Shown here in pieces: positions 12,848 through 26,914 of a stretch of 64,000 nt of DNA. Position 1 is the stretch's first letter, and the number at the start of each line of letters is the position of its first letter. Origin of the DNA: Sphyrna mokarran (Eukaryota); the NCBI GenBank assembly GCA_024679065.1, contig JAGIQG010000022.1:21328001-21392000 (forward strand), given 5' to 3'. The notes under the pieces were generated by a model that ran no database searches, was not told the origin of the DNA, and saw nothing but the letters and a program-made list of their open reading frames with translations. Made by a program: the position numbers and the translations under genes.

Positions 12848-15800
12848 TATTGTAATACACCTTTAAGGGATATCAGCTTGCTATCACTTAAAGGGAAATG
12901 TGTCATGTGATCCTGTCTTAGTTTCGCTCTTGCTTCTGAGTGGAGCACCCAAACAAGCTCTGCTGCAGCTGATGTCTTCAAGATTTCTGCCAAGTATAAC
13001 TGTTCCTGTGGCCAATCTAAATAACTAAACCCATAACATATTGATTTAATTCTTTGAGTGGTGCCTTTATATCACTATAAGAAAACAGCATAGTGCTCAA
13101 CGGTGGGATAACAAACCACCAGCAAGATTTAAGTACAATTAAAACATAATAAACAGCCTTGGATCATGCCGCATGGCATGCGATGTCAATCAAAATTATG
13201 GTCAAACTGCATTCACCACTTTGAAATTGCAGCGTGGTGACTGCATGGAGAAGCTTTGAAGAGTGTGTGGCAGGATAGGCTCTAATTAAGAGATAGTAAG
13301 TTGACGGATCCCTGGTGGTGAAATTGCAGTGCACAACCTGTTCATTCAGCCAGTGGGATAGCACGTGAAGAGAGCTAACACTGGGTTGGCTCAAGTTGGA
13401 AAAGGCGAGTGACCAGCGTATGGGCTGGATCAATAGCCAACAAGGAAGAATCAAACAAAAAATAATTAGTAAAGGATTGCACCAGAGAAGGTTGCGTTAA
13501 TAATGGGTGGTTTCGAGAATTACTGAACAATAAAATGAACAAAAAAGGCAAAGACACCATTTCTCTCTGGCGCGTTCCTGCCACAACTCATCTTTGTGAA
13601 CAGAGATTCAGAACAGTAGGCACAATGGCTACAGCGACACTCGTCCAGATACACAAGAAGAAGGAAGGTCAAAGGGATAGCTTTGCATCATAAAATTCCC
13701 CAATTTGAATTGGAATTCAGCTGACCTAATATCTAAATTCAAAATGTTTAACAATGTACAGAGATTTCTTGATTCAGGTGTGCATGTTCAGATGAACAAG
13801 CTGTAGAAATTTGCCCAGGATTGGGAATGAATATGTCAAGATTAATGGCGGAAGAACTAAAGAATCCCCAAGAATTACGGACTACACGCGAAGGCTGGAT
13901 CAAAATCTGGTTCAAACTCTGTGTCATCAACTGAAGTTCTTGCCTTTTTGACAACATCCTGCAAGATCCATAGACAGTTTTGTCAGCGGATGCAGCAGAA
14001 ACGTTGTGTTTTTAAACACAAGAGCAAGCAGACTGAATTGTTGAGTTGGTGTTCACATCCCCTCCCATAGAAGAATGCCAGAAAGATCTTCAACACATCT
14101 AAAACATACAGCTTCAAAGACCTTCTCAGGAATGAACACAAGTACGAAGTGATCCTTCCAGGGCCTAAGCACAACCCTGATTTTTAATACATTTACTTGA
14201 ACACACAAGTAAGAAAGTGTGGAAAGAACAAAGCAAGAACATCACCATATTCTACATTTATTGATGAAAGTGGCTCCCAATTAAGGATTGGTGTTCAACG
14301 GTTGAAATGTAACAGCAATTTCTTATTCCAATGTTGGCATTGCCCCAATCCAAGTGAAATAGAGATTATAAAGCCATGCAAACTCCTCAACATAGTGATG
14401 ATCTTCAAAAGTGTTTAGATCTCTTTAATTTTGTGTCTTTCGTTTGCAGTTTTGCTCTAAAATTGTCTTCCCTAAACAAATGGGTGAGAGAGAATGTGCC
14501 TTTTCTGTGATATGAAGACCACCATTATCTCTTTGAAGCACTGATCCAGCCATTATCAAAAATATGAACATTGCAATTTTACGATTCTAGGAAAACAATT
14601 ACTGTGGAGATAAATGCCTCACAAAAGAGTGTATGCATATACCAAAAAGGCAAACTGATTGCATTTGCTTCAATATCTATGTCCGTTGCTCAATCCCACT
14701 GCTTCAACATTGAACAGAAAACATTAGCTCCGCTATTGGTCACATCAGATACATATATCAATTAGCCTAACCCAGCAAAAACAAAAGATATATCCTGAGA
14801 TTTACAACTTAACATTGAGATTGAATTCGAAGATGTTCTCCAAATTGAATCTGGTATGCCAGCAGCTACAAAAAGAAACAACAAAAGATTTTATACCACA
14901 GAAACTATGAAATACCACCATAGAAGGCTGGTTTGATTCAACTCATCATCTCCATGCCTTACCAGGATGAGCTTTTGTCAGGCATTTTTAAAGGTGGGCA
15001 GCTCATTATTCCAAAATCTTTGTGACCTGATATTCAATAACTTCATACAAATGGCCATTGATCAAATGAAAAGACATATGAGAGAGAGTCTATTGCGTGG
15101 ATGTGTACGATAACATTGAAGTTGTCAAGAAGTATTAGGCATGTCAAGAGCATATGTCAACTCAACACAAAGCACCACACATTCCACATGAAGTTCCTAC
15201 CCTTGGTCCAATGTTGCATGTCTCTTACTTGTCTGTCGCACTGACTTCATCGTCATTATAGTCATCATTGACTACTACTTGTACCCTGTCACTTGATAAT
15301 TGCATTATATATCATGCACCCTCCAGTGCTATCATTAGTTTATTTGGTGTGCCTAGAGAGAAAATTATGGAACACAGTTCACAATTTATTTCAGGATATG
15401 CACAAGAAGTAGAATGTTGACCACACTATTTTGTCCTCATTACACTTGATCTAACAGCCCAGCTGAATGAAGATTTACATGATGAAATACTGAATGAAGA
15501 ATTATGTGATCAAATACTAATTTTCAAATGTTGACAGACCAGGCAAGATCTACTTGATTGCAATGTTAAATCTGAGAGCAACACTTTTGAGTGTAATTAT
15601 TCCATCATTGGCAAAGCTCTTGTTTAACAGTTTGGTGCACACCAAATTTCCTCCACTTACCCACTGTTCACTTTTAGAAACGTGATCAACTTTTAAAACT
15701 GCAAAAGAAGCCAACTAACATGCATGATAAAAATGCAGATACAAAATTGCCAAATTTACATTTTAGGACAACAGGTTTGCACCTAGGATCCCACAGATGA

Positions 15801-16413
15801 TACATGGCAACCACCAAAATAACAAGGATTTGTTTGGAACCAAAGTCCTAGGAGGTCATTGCACACTGAGACGTAACCAAGGATAAAGCGGGTCAATTTC
15901 TGTTCCTCAACCACTGTATAACCCTCCTGCATCTAGGGCAAGATCTCAAATCAACCAGGAACAACATCCAAGAATGGCAACCCAACAGATCACTGTGAGC
16001 TATTAAAGACTTTAGTCAAGGTTTTTATTATAAATCTGAGTTTATAATAACTTTACACTTTAGAGCACTTTGCATTCATCAGCCTTACGCATTTGTGTAA
16101 TGGTAACTAAACATTAACATGTATTGTAAATAATTATCCTTCTTTGACAGGGGAAAGTATTTTTGAAAAGAAATGGGGATGTTATAATATGCCTTTTAAG
16201 GGATAGTGGCATGACTGCACCAAAACAAAATTGTGTAATGCAATCCAGTCATAGTTTCACTTTTGCCTTTGAACAGAGTGTGCACACATAACACTGCTGC
16301 TGATGTATTCAAACTTTCCACCAATTTCTAAATGTACCTAAAATAGAATAATCCAGAACGTTTTTGCTTAATTCCTTAAGTGATTGTTGCCTTTCTATCC
16401 TTTTAACACAACA
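12848..16413 (+). mobile_element. Decayed Gypsy/Ty3 LTR retrotransposon with both LTRs (about 12848-13090 and 16180-16413)
   Basis: The LTRs align. A tRNA-Leu-like PBS lies at 13091-13109 and a purine tract precedes 16180. The TSD is GTGAT/GAGAT. An RNase H remnant (QFYDSRKTITVEINASQK...KLIAFASISMSVAQSHCFNIEQKTLA) sits at 14571-14765. Confidence 0.82.
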
Positions 16414-17719
16414 GAGATCAGATTCAGAGGGATAACGGTGATAAATGGTGATGACTTGTTGTCAAAAACCCTGCAAATTCTGAGACATTGATTTAGTTTA
16501 AAAACAGTATTCATGCCAAGTTTAAAATATATATAATTGGGACAAAATAAAAAAGGAAATTGATATGCTGAACAATCTGTGCAAGTTTTTTCAGTCACTT
16601 GAAAGGCCCTTGACTATTCTGCTCGGGAACCAGTACCTCTACTCTGAAATGTCAAATTTTATTTTACCAAAAATGAAATTATTTTCTGCTTAAAATTTCA
16701 AGTTTAAAGAAAGAGGCAACCTCATTTTATCTAGTTATATTCTAATGCTCTCCACTGTAATTGTGCAACAAAAGCAAACTTGGTAAATGTCAGTACTGCA
16801 ATCAGAGGGTGGTGCAGTCTGCGGGTCAGGATCTAATAAAACGCACGGTATGATGGATGGCTTTGTTAGTGTGCAATGACTAAGTCAGTCCTGACTTGTA
16901 TGGTATGGTTCAAAGTGAATATCATGATTAACAATTTTACTGTCCTTCAAAATCCTTATATATTAGGGATTTTGCTCACCACCTCCCCTCAAACCCCACT
17001 TTCCTGCCCCCCCTTTCCCCATTTTGCATGGGGTTTTGTATTACAGGACAGATCTTTGTGGTCAGTCTGTCAATTCACAGACAGGCTGTTCATCCATTTC
17101 ACGCTTTGATGGTGGATGACATTCATGCAAGGGCACCACCTGGTTGTAATGTCATTAAATAATCTCCAGCTAATTACAAGTGAATGCTGTGTCAAAGTAT
17201 ATAATATAAGGTCTAATTGGCCGACATTTCTTGCTCACATCAGAATTTTCTCTCTTAAGTAGACCTAAATTGGATGGACCTTAGCACTGTCATCTCCACA
17301 GGCGGTGCTAAATGCACTACTGGAAGTAAATGCTTTCCCCACTTTTTTCCCCCTGTTTTTATGCATTGTTCTCTCTCTCTCCCTCCCTGGCAGAAACATA
17401 AAACCTATCATACTCAGCCAACACCTTTAACTTCTCCCTTTGCAGCTTGCTGTTTTTATTTGTCTTTGTGATGTCCTTTGGGATCTATTACTAAATTAAA
17501 TACACGATCTAAATATAAATCCAAGTTGTTTAAAAGGAAAAAATTTTAAAGGCAATTGGCCTTCAAAGCAACCTCTCATTTGAGAATCTTACTCCACAAT
17601 TTTGGCCTCCTTTTCTCCAAATAAATTATTAGATTTAGGAAGTTTCATTCAATGTGGTTAAATCTACAATGTATGTGACTGTAAACATAGTACTTTCTAG
17701 CTCCTGTAATGAAAGTACT

Positions 17720-19990
17720 TCGTAGAGTCATTGAATGATACAGGACAGAGGCCTATAACCATAGCAGGTCTTTGAAAGAGCAATCCATTTACCTATTCAC
17801 CAATTCTGTCCCATATTATCCTGTTTCTTCTTTGTGCATTTATCCAGTTCCCTTTTGAAAGTTACTACTGAATCTATTTTCCGCATCTTCTTAGACAATG
17901 CATTCCATTCTGTAACAGTTATCTGTGCAAAAAAAAGTTCTATTATATTTATTCCTTTTGCCTTTCACCTTAAATCTGATTGAAATTATGCTATGCGTAC
18001 CCAAGTCCACGTCAGTAGTTATAAACGAAAGGAGCTTTGGTCTGTTGCCAAGCCCTGTGTTTTTTCCCACAACTCTGGAAAAAGTAACCATTTCCAACCA
18101 TCCATCCACTTTGTCCCCCGCCAATATTGCATCCAGGCTGCCACTGTCCTGTTGATCCCATAGGCTTTAATTTTGTTCCATCCATTATATGGTACTTAGT
18201 CAAATTTCTTTTGAAAACCTATACATACGTGAACCACAATACACTCATAATCCCTGTCCCTTATTCTTCAAAGATCCCAGTCCAGTTAGTCAAATATGAT
18301 TTGCTGTTGATAAATCCATTCAACATTTCATTAATGGGCCCTTTTCCAAGTGCCAATTATCTTTGTGTCTCAATGACGATTAGAGTCTCAATGACAATTT
18401 CCCCATCATAGACGTTTGTCTGACAAGCCTATAGTTGCTGTTTCCTTTCTTCAGTAGGGATACACCATTTGTGATCTTTTCAGATTGCTGGCATCACCCT
18501 GTTTCGAGGGAAAATTGCACAATTGTGGCCAGAGCTTCCACAGTTTCCACCTTCGTTTAGTTCAGTTAAGTAGAATGGATTGGGTGACTTTTTTTAATTT
18601 GAATACTGCCAATCTCTTTATATTTTTATCCTGTTTAAAATCACTACCACACCCTCCTTTACTTCTTGGGAGCATCCTTTTTGGTGAAGGCAGATGCAAA
18701 GTACACATTTGGTACCATAGCTGTGTCCTCAACTTCCATAACCCGTAATTGAACCCATTCTTCTGTTGCCTAACCTTTTGCTAGCTATATGGCCATATAA
18801 AACTTCTAGACTGCCTTTTTATGTAGCTAGCCATCTATTTTCATATGCTGTATTTATTTTTCTATTTCCTTTTTTTCGATCTCCGTTTATTCTGTATTCA
18901 ATTTGGTTCTTTTAATATATTGTTAACCTCATATTTCTGTTTTCTGTTTCATTTTATCTCTACCTTTGGTCATTAAGGGAGCTTCACCTTTTCCTTTCTC
19001 TTCTGGAATTTTCTCTCTACTTTAACTATCTCCTTTTTAAAAGAAGGTCCTATCAATTTTTGATTCCAAGCCATTTATGCCAAATTCTTTTCTTAATTTC
19101 CTAAAATTGGCCCTTCTCTAGTTTTAATACTTGATTGTTCTTTGTTCTTTGCCCTTTTTCTGTAAACCTGATGTTGTTATGATCGCTGTTGCCCAAATGC
19201 TTTTCAACTGAAATATACTCTACATGCCCCCACTTCTCCTTTGCCCTTTACACTGTTACTGTCCCAGTCAAATGTTAGACTTGAAATCCCCTATTATCAC
19301 TACTCATGATTCTTGCAATATTTGATAATTTTGCTCCAAAATCACTTTTCTCTCTCTGTCTCTCTCTCTCTTCACCCTCCTCCCCCTCCAATTTAGCAGT
19401 TGAAAATTTACACCTAGTAGTGGAATAGTTATTCTATTGTTTCATAATTCTAGCCAAATAAATTTTGTCTTTGATCTCTCAACTACATCACTTCTTTTTT
19501 CTGTTACAAATTTCTTCAGTCTTACTACCTGACAATGTCCGTTTTCTTTCCTATATTTCTTGAATGATTTGTAGCCAGGAATGCTGTGTTTCAAGCTATG
19601 CCAGTTTGAACCAGATTTGTTGTTGCCACTATTGTACAGTAGCGACTTAAGTTTGCAACTCGTCAATTTTAATTGCCCTCTACGTGTTACACAAAAATGC
19701 ACTCAGCCCGTCTTGGACTTCCTCACACTTTCCAATTGATCCTTTTTCAGAAATATTCTGTGCTCTAATGCTGCTAGTGTCCCACAGTCCTCTTTGCACC
19801 TTTATTCTCCTCTCAAATGTTTACATCCTGATTCAGATCCCCCTATCAAATTAGTTTAAATGTTTCCCTATAGCATCCATTGACCCCTCCCTGTGAGAAT
19901 ATCAGTCCCAGCTGTGTTGAGGTACAATCCATCCCATTTTGAACAGGTAATTCCTACCACAGAGCAGCCCTGCCTGCCTTTGTATCAAAA
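17720..19990 (-). mobile_element. Old, heavily decayed CR1-type LINE
   Basis: 3' tail agagtcattgaatgatacaggacagaggcc, plus decayed RT-like blocks (gtcaaatatgatttgc, tgacaagcctatagttgc) on the minus strand. Confidence 0.55.
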
Positions 19991-20143
19991 TATAAAACTG
20001 TTTTAAAACATTACAAGGCAGTTCATGGCTGCCATTTTGCCAACCATCTACCGCAGCATTATCTGTAGGATAGGGGTTTTCTTCATATTTGAAACAAAAT
20101 ACGTAATACTAGATCGAAGACATTTTTTTCTTGCCTATTCCAG

Positions 20144-20240
20144 ATTGGGAGGAATACCTGTGGGAGTGGTTGCTGTGGAAACCAGGACTGTAGAGTTATC
20201 AATACCAGCGGACCCTGCAAATCTGGATTCTGAAGCAAAG
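20144..20240 (+). CDS. ACACA: ACACA coding exon (97 nt): (R)[32 protein letters not shown]
   Basis: Acceptor ttgcctattccAG, donor AAG|gtatgc. The phase continues the previous exon. ACC CT-domain sequence. Confidence 0.97.
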
Positions 20241-21896
20241 GTATGCTGTGCCAATTTCTGCATTTGAAGAAAAGTGCGGATGTTTCGGGCTAGGAATTTC
20301 CTCAGGGCTGTATTATATTACAGCCTGCACATCAATAAGATGACGCAAACACTGCAGTTTAATTGCAAAGGGAAGTTGCTGAAAGCACCTGACATCTAAT
20401 TTTAGCAAGCAGTGTCACCACTTTGATGAGCACTTCGCAAACCAGTGGAGAACAGTACTCAATAAAGGCAGAGATCTGACTGCCTCTTCAGTTCTCTACA
20501 GACATTAAAAATGTAACCAGCTTTGGACCAGAGATCAATATAAAGGTGGTATTTACAACTCCATAGTGCCAGCAAGCACTGTGACACCATTGCTCAACTT
20601 GGAAAGAAAGAATATGCATTTATATAGTACTTCTAATGACTTCCTGATGCTCTGAAGGATTTTACAGCCGATTTGTGTACTTCAGAAGTGCAGTGAGCAT
20701 AGGTAGTGGGTGTCACCTCGCTATCTACCGTTTGAAATGTCACTACAGAACTTAATGGTGATTTCACTTAAGGTTCTTACTTTCCATTGAGTCAGTGCAC
20801 AGCATTGAGGGTTTTCAGCAGATTTTCCATCCCTTGTCCTTGGAGTGCAGCACTGATTGTAGCTGCACTGGCTATCATTGGGTAGCTAAAAAGGATTTAA
20901 TTTTTAAAAAAATGAATATTGAACCGTGTGGTGCATTCTAGTTTGTCACAATGTTATTTCTTCATCTAGAAAGTGACAATTTTAAAATTTACCATTTGGC
21001 TTGTTTTGGCTTTATTGGACAGAACCTTGTGCCCTTCCTCTATGATAAGTTTGATGGCAGAGGGATATTTAAATAGTGGGGAGGGTGGTCTCCACATCAA
21101 TTGCAGTGGGATGGGAAGATCTGTTTCCATCCCGCTGTCAGTTGAGACCCTTAAGTGGGCAATTGGTGCCTAGTAAGGACCTCAATCTGCCACTTCACCC
21201 AGAAAGAAGTAAGGGAATTGCCAAAGAGGGGAGCATGATAAGCAAACTCTGCCTTGTATAGTTGTGGTTCCCAGAGGGATCCTCGTTCAAAGATGCTCAT
21301 TGCCTGAAGGAACCCAGCGTTGGGAAAGAGGTTGTTCATTAAAAATCACCTCTCTGCACTTGATGTCAATGATTGCCTCTGTCTCCCCATGCCGCGTGCA
21401 CCCCAAAACAACCACATTCCTGCCATTACTTGTCTGTGCCTGGGTACCTCTCCGATTCAAGTCCTCAGCTGGACGTAAACCAGCAACAGCTGCCACCTCC
21501 CCGATGGCACAAAGTGTAGAACAACTGCTGACCTGTCAGCAGGTGGGCTTTCCATCCCAGGGCCTTAATGCTGGGGGAAGGGCTGTTGTTGGCCTGTGCC
21601 TAAGTGGCGATGAATGTGGTGTTCCTCCTTGAAAAGAAGCAGTGGCAGTAGTGGTTGTTGTGACTCCAGCTGGCAGCTGAAACCCTGGTTGCTGAATTGC
21701 AACAGAATATTTTCTCCCTTTTTCTCATCAAATTGTTTTGTCTTTGAGCTGCGAACTACTGTGAGTCATCTGACAATGTTACTTTGAATCTACCACTGTT
21801 CCCTCAACTGTCTTCCCTTTCTCCCTTTGGTTAAACTCGAGGTCTTCTTTAATAAATTGCAACAAGTCAGAATAATATTGTGGTGTGTATGTACAG

Positions 21897-22032
21897 ATAA
21901 TCCAGCAAGCCGGTCAAGTGTGGTTCCCAGACTCTGCTTTCAAAACTGCCCAAGCTATCAAGGACCTAAACCGAGAAGGGCTGCCACTGATGGTGTTTGC
22001 CAATTGGCGAGGTTTTTCTGGTGGGATGAAAG
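21897..22032 (+). CDS. ACACA: ACACA coding exon (136 nt): [45 protein letters not shown]
   Basis: Acceptor gtacAG, donor G|gtaaag. Contains the hallmark [10 protein letters not shown] and ANWRGFSGG motifs. Confidence 0.97.
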
Positions 22033-24283
22033 GTAAAGAGATTTAATTAGATAAATATGTTTCCAAGTTTGCTTGCGTCAAAGAGTTTTGCCCTTCCTGC
22101 ATTTCACTGTAAGAAGAACAGCAACTCCAGACACTAAGTAGTCCTCTTATAACGTTGTGCCATTTAACATTGTTTCATGTCAGTATTGATATGTTAACGG
22201 GGCCTGCAATTTCGTTGAGTATTGCAAGATTCGTTTTAATGTTGTTTCTGGAGTGACCCAATTGGTGCCTTTTTTTGGAGTGGCCGCTCCCCTCGTTGTG
22301 GCCTCTTTCTTCCTCCTGGCCCACGCTCTCATCACTTTCCTTCCCTGCCTTTAGGTTCCCATTGAAAATCCAGATCCAGTCTGAAGCCAGATTTCTGATG
22401 GTGCAGAAAAAGGCTGCTGGCAATCAGTGCTTTTTTTTAATGCTCCTGCCTTGCTACTGTTCTCTGAGTTCAGGAGAAGGAAACAGTGAGGGTGAGCGGT
22501 TTGAGGAATGGGAGGATGGAGGCTGCAAATAGGAAAACTGGAAGGGGGGAGAAATGTAACTCGGAGGGTTGGAGTGACCAGGAGGTTCAGTGAGCAGAAG
22601 ATTTGAGAAGCAGGATCTGTGATGTGCAAGATGTACTGAGAGTAAGAAGTTAGATTTTTCTTTCTTATTTTAAACTTACTCTATTTTAAACATTATTTAA
22701 TTTACCAGTGTAGGAATTCAACTTAGAGGGTAAAGTTTTGACATTCTTTTTTCTGATAAGGGAGGTCCTACAGAACCTAACCACAGTTTTAACAAGGATT
22801 CTTTCTTGAACTAATGTTTGCTTTGTTACTTTGCCTAAAATTATGATTTTCAGGAATACGATCACAATTTTAATTAAGGACTTAACAGTATTTTTAGCTG
22901 ACTGTCCATACAGTTCAAACATTGCAGAAGGTTTACTGCTCTACTACTATAAAACACTCCACCTCCTGGTTGAATGAAGAACAGTCAAAATTACTCTGAA
23001 CTGATTGAAAAATTTAAAATTTCCTTGGCCATGTGTGATCTTAATTGATCACACATCTTCGCTATAATCCTCAGGGCTGTGAGGCAACCTGGTCTCCTGT
23101 AAGGTCTTCAACAAAGTATGCTATGCTTTTTGCATGAACATGCAGTGGAATATTTCCGAATTTTGATAATTATTATTCCAAGAGTTTTCAGTAATGGTGC
23201 AGTACTTTTTGATCACGTCTACAATTATTTAAAATTTGGAATTATTGTCACCGACAACTTCAGTAGCTGCAATGCATTTGCAGTACAACTCTAAACTGTT
23301 ACAGGGTCTGGCACATATTTTATCAAGATCAATCAATCACAGCTTTAACTGACTTTATATCCCATCCATTTGTGTTGCTTTTGAATATTTGTGTTTAGGC
23401 TGTGAATATAGAACATAGCAGGGAAAGGAGCATTTTTTAAAAAAACTGAAACGGAGTAAATGTAGTGTTGATGTTTGTCGCTATTTAATCTTTTAGAATA
23501 ATAAATCACCTTGTTACTGAGATTTAAACCTTGATAAGGGATCCTGAGGATGAGAGTCAATGTTTAATAAATTGCAGTTTTAAATGCTGCAGGAATAATT
23601 TTGTGGCACCCAGGAACAATGTTACTCCTAGATTACTGGTGATGGTATCCCTTTAAGATACCCTTTCATAGCCTCAGTAAATAAAACATTGCAGCACAAG
23701 AAATCGTTTGGCCCAATAATTCCATTCACTTACAAGGAGAAACATGCACATGCAGTTTCTTCCTTGGCACTGCTTTGATTATTCATGGGGTGGGGGAAGG
23801 AAAGCAGAGGAAGAAAATAAACAATTACACCATTCTCCAGTGCACACACACGGCAAGGAGCCAATTGGATGGTGGGTAAAGCATCTCCGAAATCGTGTGT
23901 AATGAGTAGGAAAAGATTAGACGCAGTTCTTGCTATGCTGAAAATTGACATTAGTGAAAACTCTTTACTCGACGACCTAGGAGGTCCAATTCAAGTTGGA
24001 TAAAAAGCACATCCAGATACGTTCGGATTGGTCTTCTGCACATTTTTATGTGGCTAAAAGATTATCAAGATAATGCAAAATTAAATTATGAAACTCACTG
24101 AATATTTAGTTGGGGGGTATCCATATGCTAGGGTTTAGTTAGGCAGGCCAGCAGTGACCCACGACAGGAAGAAATCAGCCGTGAAATTTACCAGAAATTA
24201 ACACCAGGGTCGTTGTCTCAGCATGAGTGGTTTGATAGGATGCGAATCCCTGTGAAATTAACCACTCTCTTCTTCCCCTCCAG

Positions 24284-24461
24284 ACATGTATGATCAAGTG
24301 CTAAAGTTTGGTGCATACATCGTTGATGGGTTGCGAGAGTACAGGCAGCCCATGCTCGTGTACATCCCCCCAAATGCAGAGCTGAGAGGTGGCTCGTGGG
24401 TAGTCATTGACCCCACCATCAATCCCAGGCACATGGAGATGTATGCAGACAAGGAGAGCAG
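24284..24461 (+). CDS. ACACA: ACACA coding exon (178 nt): [59 protein letters not shown](R)
   Basis: Acceptor cttcccctccAG, donor AG|gtatgg. Contains the [11 protein letters not shown] motif. Confidence 0.97.
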
Positions 24462-25204
24462 GTATGGAAATCGACACAGCTCTGATTGCACTGGTAGTTA
24501 ACTCTTTCTATACTCACCTGCCCATTCATACTTTTCACTTTAAACAAATAGTCAGTGTCATCCACAGTTAAGATGTCACAGAACTGGGGCTTTTGAAATA
24601 GTCTCTCATCTGCACATGCTAATTTCAGTGCCTTCAAACAGGGTTAACAAAACATTTACAATAAATGAGTATGGAAAGTGAAAAAAATTACAAAGTTTTC
24701 CCTGTTCTCCAATGTTAATCAGGAGCTCACAGTATACTACCAACGAGATTTAGCCCAATTTGTCGCAAAATTGTTGCTAGTGAACCACTGAAATTCAACA
24801 AATGAATAGTCTTGTGGGTGGCTTAAAGCTGCATTTTTATTCAAAGCAGGACTGATTGAGATACGCATTGGATTTCCTCAAAGTTCTGAAGGAATATAAA
24901 GAGCTATCCCTCCGTAGGAATCACCACTGCATGGAAGGTGGGGGGTGGGTTAGTGGATCGTTTTCATTTATTTCATCAGTTCTATAGTGAATGGTCTTTG
25001 TTTTATTTTTCCATTCCCCATTGAAAATTTTGCTCTGAATCCATGTTTCTAGATGTTCTGTGAAAGGAAAGCTAAATGTAATCTGACAACTATAAGACTC
25101 CCGAGACTGAAATGATTCAGTCTGACTTCACACAGAATTTCTCTACATGCAGTGAAGGATGCTGGCCTTGTTCGCATTGTCTGTCACAATGCTGTAAACT
25201 CTAT

Positions 25205-25290
25205 GTAAAATATATATGTGATTGTGATATTATATAATATATATATATTTTATATATATATATACACATATATAAAAATATATACACATA
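25205..25290. repeat. Degenerate (TA)n microsatellite
   Basis: tatatatatattttatatatatatatacacatatata. Confidence 0.85.
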
Positions 25291-26267
25291 TGGATGAAAT
25301 GTAATTATTGTTTGCCTTCCCATGTTTTTGTGTTATTTTACATGTATTAGCTAATCCATTGTCTAGTTCTCTAAGGTTATGGGTGGCCTGCCCTGGGGTC
25401 TTGTACTCCCCCCATTTTGTATTGCTGTTAGTCAGTCTACTAAAAAGTGTCTGCAAGAGGAGTTAGTAACATGCTCTGTGGTTATTTTGCTTTCTCCCTG
25501 GCCTGCCCTTTTTATTTGCTGCTTTGTCCCTAGGCATGAGAATCTGGCTTCTGGCATTTAGAGAAGGAGGTTCAAAACCTGCTCTTCGGGCCACTGTTGA
25601 TGGTGTGAGTGGGCATCAAAATGCACCAAAGATGGCCAGAGCGATTTTTGTAGTTTCCCTATCTCCCTTTTGCGTGTGGAAACAGTTTTTTCCTGGTGTT
25701 TTCTCACCTACCATACCCTCCCCACTCCTCTTTTTGCCCCCCTCATGTCCTCCATCTGTAACAACTGTAGTCGTGTCATTGCATTGCCAAGTTACCGTGC
25801 TATAGCAGCATCTCTGCTGTGAAACTCGTATTGTGCATTACAGAAATAGGTATTCTGCCACATAGCCTTGTTGGTGCAGTTTTTTTTTTGACGGCTTTAA
25901 TCTGGACTTGGCTTTTCACCAAACTTGGTTGTTCCTGCCAAGTTCCCGAACCATCTCTCATACAGAAAATATTGTTGAGAACCAAAGATTGCGGCTTGAC
26001 CTAGCTGGAAAATTGCTATTAATAATCATGCATTGAATCTTAAGAAATGAAACATTGGCACAGTTCTCAAGAGATAGTGAAATCTTCTTGAAAAACAGAA
26101 ACAAAGCTTGCCACCCCTGTTCTCCTCTCCTTCCCCCTCTTGAACTGAATGAGTTCCTAATTATTCAAAGGTCCAGACTATATATTTTTTTAAATGCTGT
26201 GACCTTAATTTATGCCTTGAATAATTGCATGGTTAATTAGCCTATAAATGGGTTTTGCTTATTACAG

Positions 26268-26380
26268 AGGTGGTGTACTGGAGCCAGAGGGGACAGTGGA
26301 GATCAAATTCCGGAAAAAAGACTTGGTGAAAACAATGCGGCGAGTGGACCCCGTCTACATGAGCCTGGCTGAGCGTTTGG
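26268..26380 (+). CDS. ACACA: ACACA coding exon (113 nt): (R)[37 protein letters not shown]
   Basis: Acceptor ttattacAG, donor G|gtgtgt. Contains the VLEPEG motif. Confidence 0.96.
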
Positions 26381-26914
26381 GTGTGTACAATTTAATTTCT
26401 ATCCCTGTCCCTACTCACATCCCCTTCCCAAGTTTCTTATGGATTAATGCTTGAACCTGTGGAGAGCCTTCATACGGATGGCTGGTCTCATATTTAAATG
26501 CATTCTTTTGATTCATTAACACTGTAGCTTTTATTTATTATTTTAAATCAGTTTTCTCACAGTTTAATTTGATTACAGCCTGGAGGTGACAGGCCTTAGG
26601 CTCAACTTGAGGAGCTCATTTGTGAGATTGTGATCTGTATGATCTACCGTCATGGTTACCAAATCTAAATTAACAAGCAATTATTTTTTTTAAACTCCCT
26701 AGTTAATGTACTTAGCTTCACCTCTTTAGAGCGTTATGTGTCTTTGGGTCCCCGTTGCCCTAGCCAAAAGGTTGTAAAAAGTGATACTCCCAGTTGTCTG
26801 GCAGTATAGCTGTTGAATTCTTGAGGGTGTGAGTGAATCCCCAAAGTATCAGTTGCTGATTCTTCTCTCCTTTTTCATATGGAAACTACTAGATTCCTTC
26901 AACTTTACAGAGAT

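Noticed and set aside
21827-22036. ORF-track protein overlapping an ACACA exon
   Set aside because: Wrong frame. The real frame is [13 protein letters not shown].
26378-26386. Weak donor G|GTGTGT ahead of the largest intron
   Set aside because: It is still a canonical GT donor with the correct phase, and there is no evidence of a U12-type or otherwise unusual intron.
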